A stretch of DNA of 60,436 nt, filler included, from Sphacelaria rigidula (Eukaryota), in assembly GCA_964200075.2 (NCBI GenBank). It is 7 parts of 7 records of this genome, joined end to end, with 100 filler letters (N's around TTAATTAATTAA, not from the genome) between each part and the next. Parts side by side here need not be neighbours in the genome. Positions count along the whole stretch, not along the records: positions 1 to 8,549 come from CAXNAA020010812.1; positions 8,650 to 17,197 come from CAXNAA020010813.1; 5 more parts are not named here. One strand, written 5' to 3'. Positions 1 through 12,502 of this stretch are shown one piece after another. The position numbers and the translations under genes were made by a program. The number at the start of each line of letters is the position of its first letter. The first letter of the stretch is position 1. The notes under the pieces were generated by a model, which did not search any database, was not told where the DNA came from, and saw only the letters and a list, made by a program, of their open reading frames with translations.

Positions 1-68
1 GGAATCGAACCCCCCTACTCAACCATCAGAAGGTTACGAGGTTACCAACTGAGCCACCGGGGCGACGG
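1..68 (-). mobile_element. tRNA-derived SINE head (truncated by contig start)
   Basis: Reverse complement reads GCCCCGGTGGCTCAGTTGGT...GGGTTCGATTCC, i.e. Pol III A box and B box. No recognisable anticodon arm or cloverleaf between them. Confidence 0.6.
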
Positions 69-807
69 GTGTAAAAATTATAAAAAGTGAAGGACGGCAA
101 CCTGATCACACGAAGTGTTCCGTTTCGAATGAAACGCGGAAAGTTCATGTGACATGACGATGCTGTAGTACGTCCTGTGCTCCGTAATGAGTGATGTTTC
201 TTGCGATGCTGAAGTGCGCTCAAGAAGTGTCTCTGGATGCTGGCTTTTTGATAGTGGATGCTGTCCTCGGGCTTGTCGGAGTCGCTTGGAATGGTCGCTT
301 CTTGAAAAAACACGTGTTCTTCATTTTGTTGTTATGGTAATTGCGTTGGCTGGTGGGGATTTTCTGTACAGCGCATTTTGCGTTCGATGTTCCCTGGATC
401 TTCGATTGCCCCGCTTTGTTCACGTACAGGCGGTGTATCTAGCACCTGCTGCAGTACTGATGAATCTGCTTTCGTGACGCCAAGTTCTTTGATATACCCT
501 CTTGTCGTATCCTTGATGTCGGAACTGCCCTGGTGTAGTGCTTTGGGCTGCTGCCTCTGATGATGGTGATGATGATGAAGTTGACGGCGACGAGGAAGAT
601 GATCGCGATTCTCCTGCCGTTAAGTTGTCGATCTTTTTTGTTTTCAAAAGTGGCTTAGCGTTATTTCTTGTACCCCTGTCATCATCTCCACGTCTGTTGA
701 AGTCGACAATTTTATTCTCTTCGTAAAATTTTGGTTTTTCTCTACTATTTGTGCTATTCCATGCAGATGCAGGCTCGACCCATGCAGATTTATTTTTACT
801 GTAATTT

Positions 808-2671
808 CTACCCCCTTCTCATTTTCCCCGGTGAACCGCACGGTATTGTCACTGTTCTGCCGGAAGGTGTCGAATGTGGTTCGGCTATCTTGACTGCTCC
901 TGTCGATTTGATGTCCGGAGGAGGTACAGCTGCTGATAATGCTGTGCCCATCCCCATACATTCCCCGGATACTCCCTCAGTCGTAAATACTGACCCGGTG
1001 TTTGTGTTGAAATTTCTTGAGTCCCGAATAATCTTCATGTTGATGAAGTGGAGCGTACCGCTGTTATTTTCGGTGTGTATTAGAATTTTGAATTTTCCAA
1101 GGTCGACGTGAGAGTCGACAGAGAACACGGCGGGTACACCCTTTGTCAGTGCCTCAACTGGTAAGAAAAGATGCTTTCCCAGGCCCGGAACAAAAATGGC
1201 TGGAAGGCGGACGGAGTGCTGATAACCCTCCTGGCCACAGACGATGGAGTGGAGCACCCCTTTTCCTATTCCGCTAGGTAGATGGCGACCTGCTGTAAGA
1301 ATTCTCATGGAAGAATCGAGTTTCGCATAGTCAAACATCTCCTCTTCAATATTGGGCAGTAGCTGATCGTCCAGGTAATGGTGGCTGGCCCCGGAATCAC
1401 ATACCATCTTGAATTATATAGAAACCGGTGTCCGAGAGTTGCCCTTGTTCGCAGGATCAACAAAAAAGCTAAAGCCTATGCCGCTTGATGGCGAGCATGT
1501 GTCGGTCACTATTGGTGCTGAAGGTCCGCTAGTTTTTTTTTAACTTGGATATTGGATGGTACAGTTGTAGATACAGGATCCACGGTGACGGTGTTTGCAT
1601 TGCGTTGCTGTCTATCGAAGTTGTTGTCTCTATTATGACTGTCGTTGCTGTCGTTGATGTTGTTGTCGTCGTTATTGTTGCCCTTGTTGCAGTAGTTGCC
1701 GTTCCTGCCGTTGTTCTTGTAAGCACCATCGGTGGTGATTTGACTCTTGCATTCAGAATTATCGTGATGATCGGTACGATGAAGACTGCACCACTTCACA
1801 GGCCTGTTCCTTCTGTTGACTGTCTTCTAGAACGACAGTCACGCATATGGTGACCGGGTTTTACACAGGAATAACATTTTCCAGTGAATCTTGTAGGTGT
1901 TGCAGATGAACCAAGCGGCGATGCCGCTATCTTTGTGGAATCACTACCACGTACCCCCCTTTGACAAAATACCACGCGTAACGCGGTTTGAGTGCATGTT
2001 TCTCATGGTGACTTCAATGTCGGGGATGCTGAAGTCAAGATCGCGCTCGGCATCATACTTTATCCTGTCGTATTCATCGGCGAAACCTTCCACCACGATG
2101 TCCGTCAGTCTTTCATCTGAGATGGACTCACCCATGTACACTAGCTGGTCACGAAGTTCATAGACCTTGGTCAGAAATACGTCAGGGTCTTGCCCAGGTG
2201 ACATTTTGATGTTATCTAGCTGACGCTGAGAATGCGCCGCCGTTGCTTCGCAGAATTCTCGTATTTAGCTACCAGGACCTCCCATGCAATTTTGCCGTTC
2301 GGTTTTGCATGGCCCTTTGGCTCGAAGCGAAGGAGAAAACTACCCGCTGGGCCTGTAGTTGTCAAGTATATAATGCCGAACAACTGCTCGTTGCAGCGAC
2401 CCCAATTCTCAACTTCAGATCTGTTCAACACAATTCTCACATGTGTGTCCTCCCGGGAGACGTCCACTTCGCCGCCAGCCCGGTCCTCAACTGGGTCACT
2501 GGTTTCGGCTGCCCCTTCAGATGAAGACGGTGGGGTTTCTTGGGAGCGGGTGTTTGGCGAAGTTGATCTTGACGTGGGTCGTGCAACTGGAAGTGATTCA
2601 GCTGCTTGAATGTGCTCTACGTCATCAAAAATTTCCGCGGGACGAATACCTCCGTTCATGATATCAGACAT
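808..2671 (-). mobile_element. Degenerate Ty1/Copia gag-protease region
   Basis: UBN2-like Gag (GKIAWEVLVAKYENSAKQRRRIL; MSPGQDPDVFLTKVYELRDQL). CCHC knuckle CYSCVKPGHHMRDC at about 1835-1877 and a second knuckle-like WCSLHRTDHHDNSEC. Copia protease motif CDSGASHH. Frameshifted into several ORFs. Confidence 0.85.
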
Positions 2672-3019
2672 CCCTGGGTGCGTCAGGGAAATCGTGGCAT
2701 GCGTGCTGCGCTTTCATTCGAGGAAACTAGTACCGTCGAATTTCCTTATGCTCCTCATGAGCTGTGTAACAAATGGCTCTCCTCGATTATTCATCTATTA
2801 CAAATGTGTGACCTAAAACCTTGTGCAATTAAAATATCTGAAGGCTGGACTCTTCTCACTTTTTGCTGCTGTGACGACCTTGATGGGAAGTTCCTTCGCT
2901 GGTGCTGACCGACATGGTCTCGAATCGAAGTCTGATGATCTGGTGACCTACATGGTCGCGAATCTATGGCTCAAAACCTGTTGCAATAGCTCGTGTTCTG
3001 TAACACTGTCCCGAAGACA

Positions 3020-6000
3020 GGCTGACAACTTGTCTTGAGCGCCGATGGCGCATATCGTCTGCGTGATATTTTGGCTCATCGCGTGGATACCTTTCGTCGT
3101 GCGATACGTGGTGATCCGCCAGCGCACGTGGAGCCCATGAGGGTGCAAATCAAGCCACAGGCAAAGGCTGTGAAGGCGAAGCCCCGACGCTATGACCCGG
3201 TGAAGACCGGGTGGCTTGCTTCATGTATCGCAGCGTTGGTGACGTTTGGTTCAGTGGTTAGGAACATCCAGGCTGTGTGGGGGAGTCCGGCGATGGTGGT
3301 GCCGAAGAGGGAGACATTCCGTTTGGTCAGCGACTATCAGGCGGTGAACGCGCAAGTGGAACAGTCTCCGGGGGTGATGCCAAGCCAAGAAGACATGCGG
3401 GAGTTGCTGGGAGCCCAATGCTCCGGCAAGTTGGACCTGCTACAGGGGTATTGGCAGATGCCTCTGGCGCCGGAAGCTCAAAGATCTTCACGATCGTCAC
3501 GCCTGACGGTTTTTTCACGCCTACTCGTGTCCCGCAGGGCGTGTTGAACGCCACGGCGTATTTCCAACGTGTGCTGACTGACATTTTGCGAGGTCTAAAC
3601 TGTCAAGTGTGGGTGGATGACGTTTTCTATTTTGCTGAAACCGGAGAAGCATTGCTAGCTTTGCTTGACGAAATTCTCGGCCGCTTGCAGAGTGTTGGTC
3701 TGTTCGTCGCTGCGCATAAGTGCACTTTTTTTGCCCGCGAAGTGGTTTGGTGTGGTAAGGGTGTACTCCAAGGATACTGTTTCGCATGATCCTGTCCGCA
3801 TCCAAGGTTTGAGCAATATGCGACGTCCTCAAACCGCTAGTGAGATGATGCATTTTCTGCAGGCGGTGAATCGGTTGCGGACTTCGCTCCCGCGCATGGC
3901 GCAAGTAGTTGCGCCGCTTCGTGTATTTTTGGAATTACTCATGGTGGGGGCTTCGCGTCGGACCAAGCGGGTTGCGCGTAATCGTAACATCCCGGAGGAC
4001 GCTTGGACGGAGGATCGTGTGCGGGCATGGCGTGCTGCGCAAGATTTGGTGGCGCAAGCGGTGCCGTTGTAGCATCCTCGTCCAGGGTGCGTTGTTCTGA
4101 TGTTTCCAAATGCTTCGGACTTTTCACTGGGGTAGTTTTTGAACGCAAGTGCGTGTCGCCGGTTTTGTAGTGGCATTGCGCTCGAAAACGTGTAACACAA
4201 ACCATTGACTTTCGCTGAGTAGTGGCTTCAAGGGTTCACAGTTGCGGTGGGCGACAGTGGACAAAGAAGGTTTCGCGACAGTCAATACATTTCGAAGGCT
4301 GGAGTACTTGATTTGGGGTGGTGTTCGCATTTTTACCGATCATCGAAATCTAAAATACATTTTCAACCCCGAAGAGTGTGTCCCATCGGTGACGAAGGCC
4401 ATGGCGCAACGGCTTGAAAATTGGAAAGGAGTGCTCGGCCAATATCGGTATGCCATCGAGCACATTCCTGGAGAGCGCAATTATTGGGGAGATGTGTTGT
4501 CTCGCTGGGTGACGGTTCCTATCGTGCATGTTCGTTCTGTTGCCGTGGCTGTGAAGCCGATGATTCGCTGCCCTCGCTAGATGTCATACGTACCGCGCAG
4601 CGCAAAACAGTCGGCGACGGTGTTCATTCTTTTCCTACGACTTTCGGTCAAGCTGCCTTGGCTGACGATTGTTTGTTTCGCGTGCGTGTTGGCAGTCGTG
4701 ATGTTCTGTGGATTCCGTCGGATGGTAAGGCTCTACAAACTCGATTGATGGTGTGCGCTCACATGCGGTCGGCTGGTCAACGTGGTGTGGCGCCGACTCT
4801 GTCTCGTTTGAAAGAATACTGTGTGTGCACTCACATGGATTCCCGCGTTCGCGAGTTCGTTCGCCAGCGTTTGCGTTGTGTAGACACTCGTGCTGGTGCG
4901 ATTGTACCTCGCCCGTATGGCGACTGTGCATGGTACTGTGCCAGGTGAAGTTGTTCATTTTGATTTTCTGTACGTTGGAAGTAGCGGACCTGAAAGTGCT
5001 AATATTTTGCCTGATGAGGATGGTTCTCGGTACGTTTTGGTTATCATGGATGATTTGTTCAATTCCGTTTGGTTGGAGCCGACCGAGACTTGTACCGCCG
5101 AGGTTACGGCTAAGCACTCGCTCCATTGGTGCAAGACTTTGGGGGTGCCGCGTGTGTGGGTTAGTGATACCGCCACGCACTTTAAGAATCGAGTGATCGC
5201 GCAGCTGAGTGACGCGCTCAAGGTGCAACACCAATTTGCTGTGGCGTATACCCCTTGGTCGAATGGTGCTTGTGAACACATGGTGAGAGAGGTTATTCGT
5301 GCGTCGCGGTCTATTTTGTCAGAACAGAGACGGCCGATGTCTGAATGAGTTGATGTTTTGCCAGCCGCTCAGTGGGCGTTGAATACTTCTTTGCGTGAAC
5401 GCTACCGCAACACTCCGTATTGTGTGATGTTTGGGCGTGGGCCGCGTAGAGCGTTTTCAGCGCTGGTTTCTGTCACTGGCGGCGAGTGGAACGTCAATTT
5501 CATGGATGCTGATACGTTGCGTGACAAGGTTCGAGGCGTGGTTGACGAGCAAGTGCGGTTTTGTAACGAAGTGCAAGCTGCTGTCGCGGTGTCTTGCGAA
5601 ACCAAACGCAAGCTTGCTCAGGGCCAGCAAGTTAGCAGTTGGAGATTTCGTCGTGTATGTCCATGTTCGTAGGCAAGGTATGACGCCAAAGTTGATGTCC
5701 ACGTGGACAGGTCCGTGGCGAGTGGTCGGAGCCGATCACGCTTATGTGTATTCGGCGCAGAAGATTGTTTCTGGCGCCGTACACTCGGCCCATGTCGCTC
5801 GTTTGCGCTTCTATGCTGTCTCGCAGTTGCACATCACTGCGGAACTAAAATATATATTTCAGCATTCGTATGTTCAAGGTGAATGTTGGATGAAAGCTCT
5901 GGTGCACGTCGCTGAGGATGACGATGGTGATGTCATCGTTTTGGTTGATTGGGATGGATTCGGTGCTGAAGAACGTACGTGGAAGTCTCTTCGCAAGATT

Positions 6001-6075
6001 CATTCTTCTGCGCCGGAATCTGTTTAGAAGGAACTGCGTAAACTGCGGTTGACTCGGGCGCCGACAAGTAAATTA
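3020..6075 (+). mobile_element. Degenerate Ty3/Gypsy chromovirus-like pol (RT-RNase H-integrase-chromodomain), 5'-truncated
   Basis: RT motifs LDLLQGYWQMPL and VWVDDV. RNase H motifs RWATVDKEGFA and FTDHRNL. Integrase motifs VHFDFLYV, WVSDTATHF and AYTPWSNGACE. GPW motif (WTGPWRV) and chromodomain-like VLVDWDGFGAEERTWKSL. Multiple frameshifts and stops. Confidence 0.93.
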
Positions 6076-6179
6076 GCGTCGGAGTATGGTTTTTCTTCGT
6101 GATTGGCGCATGCAAATTTCACTTGGTTTTTGTTGGTTGTCAAGCTCGTTCGTTTCTCTTGAACTCGGTTTGAGGGAGA

Positions 6180-6444
6180 TGTAGCCAAACGATACCAAAC
6201 CGTGGGTTTCAGTATAATCGCATGCATGGTTGGAGCAGTGGCAGGGGACAGGGAATCCTGGGTTGATGGCCCTTTTCTGTGTGGACCCTTGTTGTCTGGC
6301 TCGTGATGTGATCTGTTGAGGATCACTCCGTGATAGTAACAAGTTAGGAGAAAGGATTTGTCGAGCACGAGGCCAGTGATACTGGAGGAGTCTCTCGTTG
6401 AAAGTCCTCTTGTCCAGATCGTCCGGCAGAGGCTATAAGCTACA
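6180..6444 (+). repeat. 3' LTR of the Gypsy element, preceded by a polypurine tract
   Basis: GAGGGAGA immediately precedes TGTAGC, and the unit ends in GCTACA (6-bp terminal inverted repeat). It shares a GTGAT..GGAGGAGTC motif with the LTRs in the last contig. Confidence 0.75.
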
Positions 6445-6559
6445 TAAATGTAAAAGTTGTGCTACCCCGCATGCGACAGAGGTGAGTATGGGGTCACTAG
6501 ATAAGACATCCTGCCCCCCTCCCCTCCCCCTCCTCAATGCAGGAGCAGGAAAAACCGGG

Positions 6560-7626
6560 GGGCACAGCAGGAAGGAAGTAGCGCGTTTGGTTTAGGCGAT
6601 GGTACTGGGGGGCGCCGGGGGCAGCACCTACAAGACGTATAAGGCGCGTTTCGAAGCGTGGAAAAAGATGCGCAATGCACAAGGAAAATCACCATGGATG
6701 ACGGAAAACGATAACCTCGATGACGTGATCAATGCACCGACCGAATTCATGGCTATGCGATGTTTCGTACACAACAACCGACAATCCACCATCAGAGGAT
6801 ACCTCGCCGCCATCAAGTTTTTCACAACGTATATGTCGGATGGGACATACCTACAACGCACGGCAGGGTTCGGGCTGTAGGAAAGGGATTGATAGAGCAC
6901 ACGGATCGATTCAAGGGACACAGCACATCAGGCGATCGTTGACTTGGGCATTGCTAAAACAAGGGCGACAGACAATGATCGACGCCCCGGCCGGTGGTCA
7001 CGCTCTGTGGCTTGCTTTCGCGCTCTCGTGTCTTTTGCTGTGAAGGGCATCCGAGTTGTGGGTGTACCCCGGCGGTACCGTCCACCCAGAATTCTGCTTA
7101 ATGCGCGATTGCATCAGTTTTTTTCCGGGGAGAGGTACAATTAGGTTTCGCAAACCGCGCGTTTGCGAACCAAGCGAAGATTCGTTTCGTTGCCTTCAAA
7201 TCCGACCAAAAAAGGATAGGTTGCATCATTACGAGAACAAGGATAGTTGACTCGGTTCGATCGGGCGGAGTACCGGCGGGCGCATTCGAGGCGCTGTTAG
7301 ATTTGTTGGACGTGCACCCACAACTGCCAGGCAACACACCTCTGACCACGAGAGCCATACCGACGGGATGGAATATATTCACTCGGATTGGAGCGGTAAC
7401 GGCGTTAAGAACCATGGTCGGTCGCGCGGGTAGAAATCCGTCTCAAAACGCTTTACATTCAGGCAGGATAGGTGAGGCCACACAAGTAGCGGCTCGAGGG
7501 ATCCCCGCACTGCAGATTCAACGAGCAGGACGGTGGAAGTCGAGGGCGTTTATGGTCTATGTAAGGGAGGAGGGGGAGGGCGCAGAGGGCGTCTCCGCCG
7601 CGCTAGTGGAACAGAGAGTAGGGTAG
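6560..7626 (+). mobile_element. Tyrosine recombinase of a DIRS/Ngaro-type element (pseudogenised)
   Basis: N-terminal STYKTY...W and STIRGYLAAIKFF. Catalytic R in LLL*RASEL, K in KSDQ, H-x-x-R in LHSGRIG, and GRWKSRAFMVYVR containing the catalytic Tyr. Frameshifts and stops are present. Confidence 0.88.
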
Positions 7627-8549
7627 CCAGATGTTCAATGATAGGAGTCAACAAGATATACGACGGTCAATCAGGCTTGCCTAATGGGGGAGAGGTGGGT
7701 AGCACCTCAGGGGATAGTTATAACATCATCGTCAGCGTCGATTTTCGGGTAAGCCTGATTAACAGTATGTAGTGGCTGATGAGTTGATGGGGGACAAAGG
7801 CACCGAGTGCATACCGCATTGAGTTCGATTTGTTTGGTTGCGGATATTTTAATTTGTGGTAATTATAGTGGGACACTGCTGTACGTAGAAAACGGGACAA
7901 CACATAATACCAGAATTCTTGGCCCAACGCAAAATGTAGCGTTCAGTATGAAAGCGGTGTTTGCGGAGGCGTGTACGAATTCTGACGATGTGGGAGCTTC
8001 AGTACCGCTGCCAGTAGAAAGGTTGGCCATCGAAGCAAGCTTGCCGCAGCTGCCAGACACGCGAGTACAGGTAGTGTCACCAGCAACGAGTAACCTTCAA
8101 CTGGCAGCGGCCTACTGGTTTAAGCAGCACAAGTAGGTAGAAGTAGGTGAGAACTAAGAACGCGCTTCGCAGAGGATTGATCGACTTACCCACCCGCCGC
8201 TCCGTCGCTCAAGAGAGGGTGGGACCAGGGTGCAAAAAGTGGATAGGTGACTGTGTGGAGTAGGGGGAAGAGGTGGATAGCTCCCCAGGGGATAACAATA
8301 ACATGATCATCAGTAGGGGGCAGCGAAAAAAATATGGACATGTAGGCCCCAAGATCGAGAATTTGAGTTTTTGAGGAGGGGGGGGGACACCCAGTCATGT
8401 GTCACCTGGTTTATTACCGAAGCATCGCCGGATGTGGTCAGCTGCCGTGGGCAGTAGATATCCTTATAAAAAATATCTACTATGTATTATGCACTATGTC
8501 TTATATATAATATGTTAGGGCAATGGCCTAGAAAAGGTATACCTTCTCG

Positions 8550-8649
8550 NNNNNNNNNNNNNNNNNNNNNNNNNNNNNNNNNNNNNNNNNNNNTTAATTA
8601 ATTAANNNNNNNNNNNNNNNNNNNNNNNNNNNNNNNNNNNNNNNNNNNN
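8550..8649. other. Artificial contig linker
   Basis: 44 N + TTAATTAATTAA (stops in all six frames) + 44 N. Confidence 0.98.
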
Positions 8650-9350
8650 AACGTTTTCGTGAAATTGAGAGTAGAGGATACGATTGAGGGTGAAAGCGGT
8701 CAATTGCTAGTGAATGAATGAATCGGTTCAGTTCCGAAATGTCCCTCCTCGAAGCCCAACATGCTTTCTGTAGTAGCTTGCCACTGAGGTCCTTGATATC
8801 CCTGGGTAGGATGTCGACGCGTAGCTGTAAGCACACGCCAGTGATAGAGGCAAAGAGAAACACACACGGAATGAAAATTGGCGAAGTTAGAGCGAATGAT
8901 CAAAGCCACTCTCGATCAGCGCTCTACTCTCAATCTCACAAAAACGTTGATATGGATGGACTCACGGGAAATGACCTGACTACATCGCGGTACGAGGGCT
9001 GAACAAGAACGGAACCACAACACGTACACGAACACACACTACCCGCAAACACGGGATCATCAAGGGTGTCCGAGATAAAGGGAATACCATGCGCCAGCTT
9101 GGAAGTTGTGATTTTTGATGTGGAGCAAAGCGATCGAAGTAGAACGGGGGATGGATCATTCAGGGGTAGCAGTGCTTTCGACAGAAGGGCCAACAGCGTC
9201 TACAAAAACGACGGTCCGATCTCCGTTTGCCTCTGGACCCCCGCAAAACGTGCGATACCGAGTTCACGTGCCGTTCTTATTGTTGCCGATATTTCCGTCA
9301 AGACGTAATGCTTTGTTCCGTTCTTGCTGACACGTGCGTGCATTGCCGCC
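8650..9350 (-). pseudogene. Degenerate single-frame ORF of unknown family
   Basis: ORFs 8936-9193 and 8594-8863 share a frame that extends upstream as MHARVSKNGTKHYVLTEISATIRTARELGIARFAG. About 5 internal stops. No motif recognised. Confidence 0.25.
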
Positions 9351-10668
9351 TTGACGACACTATGTGATTAACTTAGTATTCTTCATGAGCAGAAGGTGTC
9401 GGGTTTGACTCCCGGCCTCGATCGACGCTGCGAAACATATCTCTCGAAGTTTAGCGATAAATTTTGATCCGTGAAATTGGTGGGGACGAGAGGACGGGTG
9501 AAGAGTAGCAAGAAACGTTTATAAACTCGCCGGGAAAGTTCCGGGGAGATCATTCGCTTGGTGACCGAACACACGCATAAAACATGTGAAAAAAGGTGTA
9601 CAAATATCGTCGCTAGCCGGCGAGAAAGGTCACCTCTACACACCTCTTTTCACACGAAGACGGTCACGAAAAGCGGGGAGGGAGAGGGGAGTGGACGCCA
9701 CATCATGAAAGGGAAACATCCCCAAAAGTGGTCATCGGGGGCTCATCATGCATTCTCATTTGAAGCACTATTATCACGCACACGGTCACACATTCATATT
9801 TCGTCCAGTTCATATACTCGTACAGTAGTAGCAAACAGTCCGTCACCTGCTCTGTCGTTATGATTGGCGTTTAGTATCGCGGCGTCTAGCTATCGACAGA
9901 TCTCACGCCGTGAGCCATACTGTCCGTCCACGACAGTCCAGATCACGACGGGCATCGCCCGCACGAGCGCGGGTTTGCCACACAAACGCAAAGCGTACTT
10001 CCTCTCAACAGCACCACCCATATCATACCGTTGTTTAGGCGTCCCCGTCGCCCCCGTCTCTACGCAATGCCTGCCATCTGCCCTCTTCAATATGTAGCCG
10101 GCAGGGAAGAACGGTGGCTCGTCACTGTGGCAGCAGATCCATCGTGAAAAACTCGCAACAAGTTCTCACACGACGTCCGTGAGAACTGCGGTTATCGCTA
10201 CGAATACAGCAGCAGCATCGGCGTGAATCCCGGGATCATTTATTGGCATTTCAGCGGTTCGAATCGGCAGCAGTTACATTCTTCCGGCGAAGGCTTGAAG
10301 ACCAGCTAAAGACCATCTAATGCAGTAGTAGGGTGCGAAGAGTATATGGTGTTTTATTCATTACGACGGTGGCCCGCCGTTAGTCTTTGCCCTACCCCGA
10401 AACGCTACCACCGACGATACACCAAACCTTCGGCCAAACCCCCGCGCGGGTCACTCGCCAGGCAATGACATGATGAGGCGCGACAACGCTTATACGACGT
10501 GAGGGGCGGGAAAGCCATGTAGGCGTTGGTTCGGTGAAAGTCGTCGTCGAGGAATCTCCGAGTGTGTTTCTCGCAATGGATGCGGACATGTGTACATGTG
10601 TACGCTCGGGGACAGTGACAGTACCCGAAAATGTGCATTCTTGCAATGATGGCGTTTGGAGGGGGGGG

Positions 10669-10741
10669 CGTACTCATTTGTTGCTTGCCTTAGTCGTTTG
10701 ACCATTGACCACGCATCCCTTTCGAGACGGAGCACGGAGCA
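10669..10741 (-). mobile_element. 5'-truncated LINE copy (3' end only) with an 18-bp target-site duplication
   Basis: Matches the ORF2 end of the LINE at 45827-45895. Flanked by the direct repeat GGCGTTTGGAGGGGGGGG at 10651-10668 and 10742-10759. Confidence 0.85.
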
Positions 10742-11199
10742 GGCGTTTGGAGGGGGGGGGAGAGGGGGCAAGCTCTTCCCGAAATGACGGTGGTATGTGT
10801 CCATCTTTTAGGATTGTACAGAGTATGACATGTGTACATGTCTATAGAGTGTGACGTATGGGCCTTGTTGAAAGGATTTATTTTTATTTTCTGTTGTTCC
10901 GCCGGCGACGAACAGAGAGTGCGGTATCCACGTGGAGGCTTGGGTTATCAGTGGTGTATCACATCGGCCTCCCGGGCCAAGTACGCGGACACATCTTCCT
11001 TCATCCTATGCCTTCGCATTTACTCAAGAGCGTGCATATGAGGCATATGGTGAGGTTCCGCCAATCTCCAAATATCAGGGCGCATAAACAAAGGGCTTCG
11101 TTCTTCAGCCTACACTGTGCGACCATCAGATGTTAGTCACATCTTTTCATCTGTGTACAGCAGTGTTGAGCAGGAAGCGCGCTGTCTACCACGCGAGGA

Positions 11200-11720
11200 C
11201 CAGGCACTGCTGACCACGGCACCTAGCATGACATGGTGGTCAACCTTTGGAGCGGTCGTGTTCCGACACGACAGATGCCGCTTCGTTTACCTCAAGGAAA
11301 AAGCAATCAATCGCTCCCGCTCGTTTCTGTTTGTTTTCGCGTTTTCCTGAGGAGATAGTGTGAACATCGTTTGTGCGAGGGAATGTATCGACTGACAGTG
11401 CGTAAGTAAGACCGTCAACATGGCTAACGATGCAACACGATCGAAACGGTGTAGGCAAGGAAGGCGCTGGAGCTCCGTGCCATGCTCTCGATACCAGGAC
11501 GCAGCTCGTCAGGCTGATGAATTACAAAGAGAAGCAGTCCCGATGTTGGCCGAATGCCTTTTTTTTCAGATCCCGAAGGTTGAGGAAGGTGTACAAGGAA
11601 CAGACTGATCATTTCCATGTGTGTAGCAACAAGCAGCAGTGCACAATTGTTTCAACAGTCTGATCTCGTGAGTTATCGGCACTCTGAAAGACGCAGAAAA
11701 AAGTTGCTCCACAGTAGTAT
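11200..11720 (+). pseudogene. Possible hAT transposase relic
   Basis: One frame reads NVSTDSA*...APCHALD, which resembles the hAT TD(N/S)A and CxxH-L-D motifs. Heavily decayed. Confidence 0.25.
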
Positions 11721-12292
11721 CCTTAATCTCCCGAACACATCCGTTGTCCCGTAACGTCCAACTCACACAGCACATCACCAATTTCATCGATACGTCGACC
11801 TACAGTAAAGTCGATATGTCTCTTAGCTCAACATACTACTGTGATAACGATAAACAACACTTCGTGACTAGACGGTAGTCGCCCCTATCTCTGCCGACAG
11901 CGCTAGTACTCTTTTGTCCGGGGCCATGCCTCTACTGTCCGTCCTCATCTACTACTGCACGCCGGTTACGTCCGGAGTTTGATTTCAACCTTTGACCATC
12001 CCGTCAATATTGCACAAAGAAACATCAGTATTCCTGAAGCGAAAAACTGGATATAGATTTTCCCACGCAAAAGGGGAACACCGCATTAACGGGGAAAGAA
12101 ACACAGATACATATTATTAGTTTTTCATAGGTTACGCCTGGAAGCGCTCGGTGACGCCAGCACCGGAGTTCGAATGCACCTAGCGTGGTCACTACACACC
12201 TACTCTACCCCACAGACTTATTTGTAATACCACCCAACACAACAGATACATCACACGCTTTGAAACAGGACACTCGAGATTTACACCTAAAA

Positions 12293-12502
12293 CATCACAG
12301 AAACATCAAAATTATCTACGAGCCGCTAAACATCTCTCCACAAGGAGCTCAGCAAAGAACACCCCCTCTCCCCTCCTCCTCTTTCCTACGCTTGAGATTG
12401 CAACTTTAAATATCACAGAAAGATTAAAACTATCGAGCTACTGAACATCTCTCCACAAGGAGCTCAGCAAAGGATACTCCCTCTCCCCTCCTCCTCTTTC
12501 CT
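12293..12502. repeat. Imperfect tandem duplication (period about 115 bp)
   Basis: AACATCTCTCCACAAGGAGCTCAGCAAAG...CCTCTCCCCTCCTCCTCTTTCCT occurs twice. Confidence 0.85.

Noticed and set aside
1..68. tRNA gene (also 46190-46260)
   Set aside because: A and B boxes are present but there is no convincing anticodon stem-loop or acceptor stem. The 46186 copy continues into a SINE body and tail.
1509..1853. Asn-rich and Val-rich low-complexity ORFs
   Set aside because: They are part of the Copia Gag C-terminal linker and its antisense shadow.
6560..7626. Prophage integrase or bacterial contamination
   Set aside because: The motifs (HSGRIG.AT, GRWKS.AF..Y) match eukaryotic DIRS/Ngaro recombinases. 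The gene is pseudogenised and flanked by LTR elements.
8594..8605. TTAATTAATTAA palindrome as a biological motif
   Set aside because: It is a six-frame stop linker embedded in fixed-length N runs.
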